Shown here in pieces: positions 62,296 to 64,000 of a stretch of 64,000 bases of DNA. The notes beneath the pieces are model-generated. The model saw nothing but the letters and a program-made list of their open reading frames with translations, was not told where the DNA came from and did not search any database. Source of the stretch: the human T2T-CHM13v2.0 reference genome, Homo sapiens. The first letter of the stretch is position 1. Every line of letters starts with the position of its first letter. The translations under genes and the position numbers were made by a program. The stretch lies in assembly GCA_009914755.4 (NCBI GenBank), contig CP068257.2:33280001-33344000 (forward strand), written 5' to 3'.

Positions 62296-63886
62296 AATAA
62301 ACTACAGATTCCTTTGGCAGTTAGAGAGAGACACAGAGTTAAGGCCCTGAAGTGCATTAAAAATAAGACCAGAAGAGAGAAGATAAGAAGACCTGAACGT
62401 ACTAAAGAAGCAAATATTTAGAAAAAGTTAAGGAGCTGGAAGCATCTCATCCGGGTTGGGATGAGTGGTGGTGGGTGGTTCATTTCTTTAGGAACCTGAG
62501 TACCTGAGGGAGAAAGCTCAGCTGGGAACTGGAGTTAGAAGGAAAAAGTATCAAGAGCACTGAGTGCCTCCAGCTGGTCCTAAAGCTGATAAGCCTAGTC
62601 TTCTGGGGAGAGGCTGATCCCTGCTGGGAACCCATCAGTACTGAGGAAGAACAGTGAGGACTAGAGAAGGAGCAATTGTGCAGGGTGGGCAACCTAGTAA
62701 CAGGGTCAAGGGGGCTACCTGGATGAGGAGGGGAGCACCAGGGGTGTAGGACTGGGCTGGCAGGTGAGGTTATGTTCAGAGGGCTCCAGTGGGAAATCTG
62801 GCATGTGGAGGTCGGCTTGCACAGGGGGTCAGCGAGCAGAGACACAGAAGAGCAGAACTCAGTAACACAGGCAGGGGTCCAGCACCAGATCGGGGCATCG
62901 GTCACAAGAGAGAAGCTTGGGGCAAAATCTGGGAATTTCCAGGAACACAGCTGTTCTGTGTGTGGTAGAGACTCAACCATGTGTTCACCAAATCCATTTC
63001 CTGTTCTTCCTGGGTCCATGACTACAGAAATGTCCTGGGCTCCCTGCTGCCCCGGCTCCCGATAGGTGGAAGCTGGCTTGTGACTGAGTCTGACCAGTGG
63101 ACTATGAACAGAAGTGGGGAGCATCCCAGGCTTGGTCCCAAAGGCTCCCCTGCAAGATCCTCCACTCTTACCCTTTCCTGCTGACTGGGTGCAGACCAAC
63201 ATGACACGTTTGGGAGATGGAAGAGCCATGGATGGAAGAAGCTTGGGTCACTGAATCTGATTTGGAACACCTATTTTGGAACATACTGCAATAACTACTT
63301 AGATTTCTGGATTTTGTTGTTACATCTGTCAGTGTTATAAATGTAAACCAGTAAGCTGAGGCTTTCATGGATAGAATCAATCAAAGGTTAAGGTCAAAGA
63401 CATTCTGAGACTTGCCCAGCCTTAAGATGAAGCAATAGAGGGCCCTTTGGTGCTTGGTGGCTGCAACCGTGGCTGAGTTCTAGGAGGCAGTTTATTTTTT
63501 GTTGCTTGTGTATAATTTTTACCCCAAGAATCCCTTATGGTGCTGGCTGTGACCGATGAACAAACTCTTAGTGTTTAATGTGTGTGTCTGTAAACACAGG
63601 GAGAAGGGAAAGCTGCCTGAAGATTGGACAAAGAGCCTTGTAAATGTCTTGGGGTGAATGACAATGGGAAGATTAGGAGGAGTCTGCTGGGGAGCTGCCT
63701 GCAAAGGTCCCCTCTTATTCAGGAATTGTATCATCAGCTGAGTCCTTTGGAATTAGCAGACAGTTGTGAAGATAAAATAGTCTTGTAGCATAAGAAGCCG
63801 TAGGTAGTCTGGGAGCTATAAAAGCTCCTCATTAGTGACAAGATTTTAACAAAACCAAATAAATTTTAAGAAACAAGGACATTCAT

Positions 63887-64000
63887 GGCTGGGCGTGGTG
63901 GCTCACGCCTGTAATCCCAGCACTTTGGGAGGCTGAGATGGATGGATCATGAGGTCAGGAAATCGAGACCATCCTGGCCAACATGGTGAAACCCCGTCTC
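63887..64000 (+). mobile_element. Alu SINE 5' portion, plus orientation, truncated by the window end
   Basis: GGCTGGGCGTGGTGGCTCACGCCTGTAATCCCAGCACTTTGGGAGGCTGAGATGGATGGATCATGAGGTCAGGAAATCGAGACCATCCTGGCCAACATGGTGAAACCCCGTCTC. Confidence 0.9.

Overview
This 64-kb window is primate (human-type) nuclear genomic DNA, not a prokaryotic locus. I find no operon structure, no CRISPR array, and no rRNA or tRNA genes. What the sequence clearly supports is a repeat-rich intergenic or intronic landscape. It holds at least 15 Alu SINEs, about 10 MIR fragments, 3 MaLR (MLT1-like) LTRs, a MER5A hAT element with further hAT-like MITE fragments, and two 3'-end LINE-1 insertions. One of the L1 copies has a twin-priming inversion and the other has a clean target-site duplication. 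There are also several microsatellites and local tandem or segmental duplications. I cannot support any protein-coding gene by eye. The only long ORFs are the L1 ORF2 C-terminal remnants and one 249-aa low-complexity ORF (62480-63229, minus strand) whose length is within chance expectation. The most interesting structures are named here, with coordinates in the features and findings below. They are the twin-primed L1, a duplicated ~200-bp segment that abuts a complex TA/TG microsatellite in both copies, an inverted pair of MaLR LTRs, long polypyrimidine mirror tracts with H-DNA potential, and a few CpG-retaining non-repeat blocks that could be constrained non-coding elements. I see no evidence of a novel biological system. 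All repeat-family names come from my memory of consensus sequences, not a database search, and coordinates are accurate to about ±5 bp.
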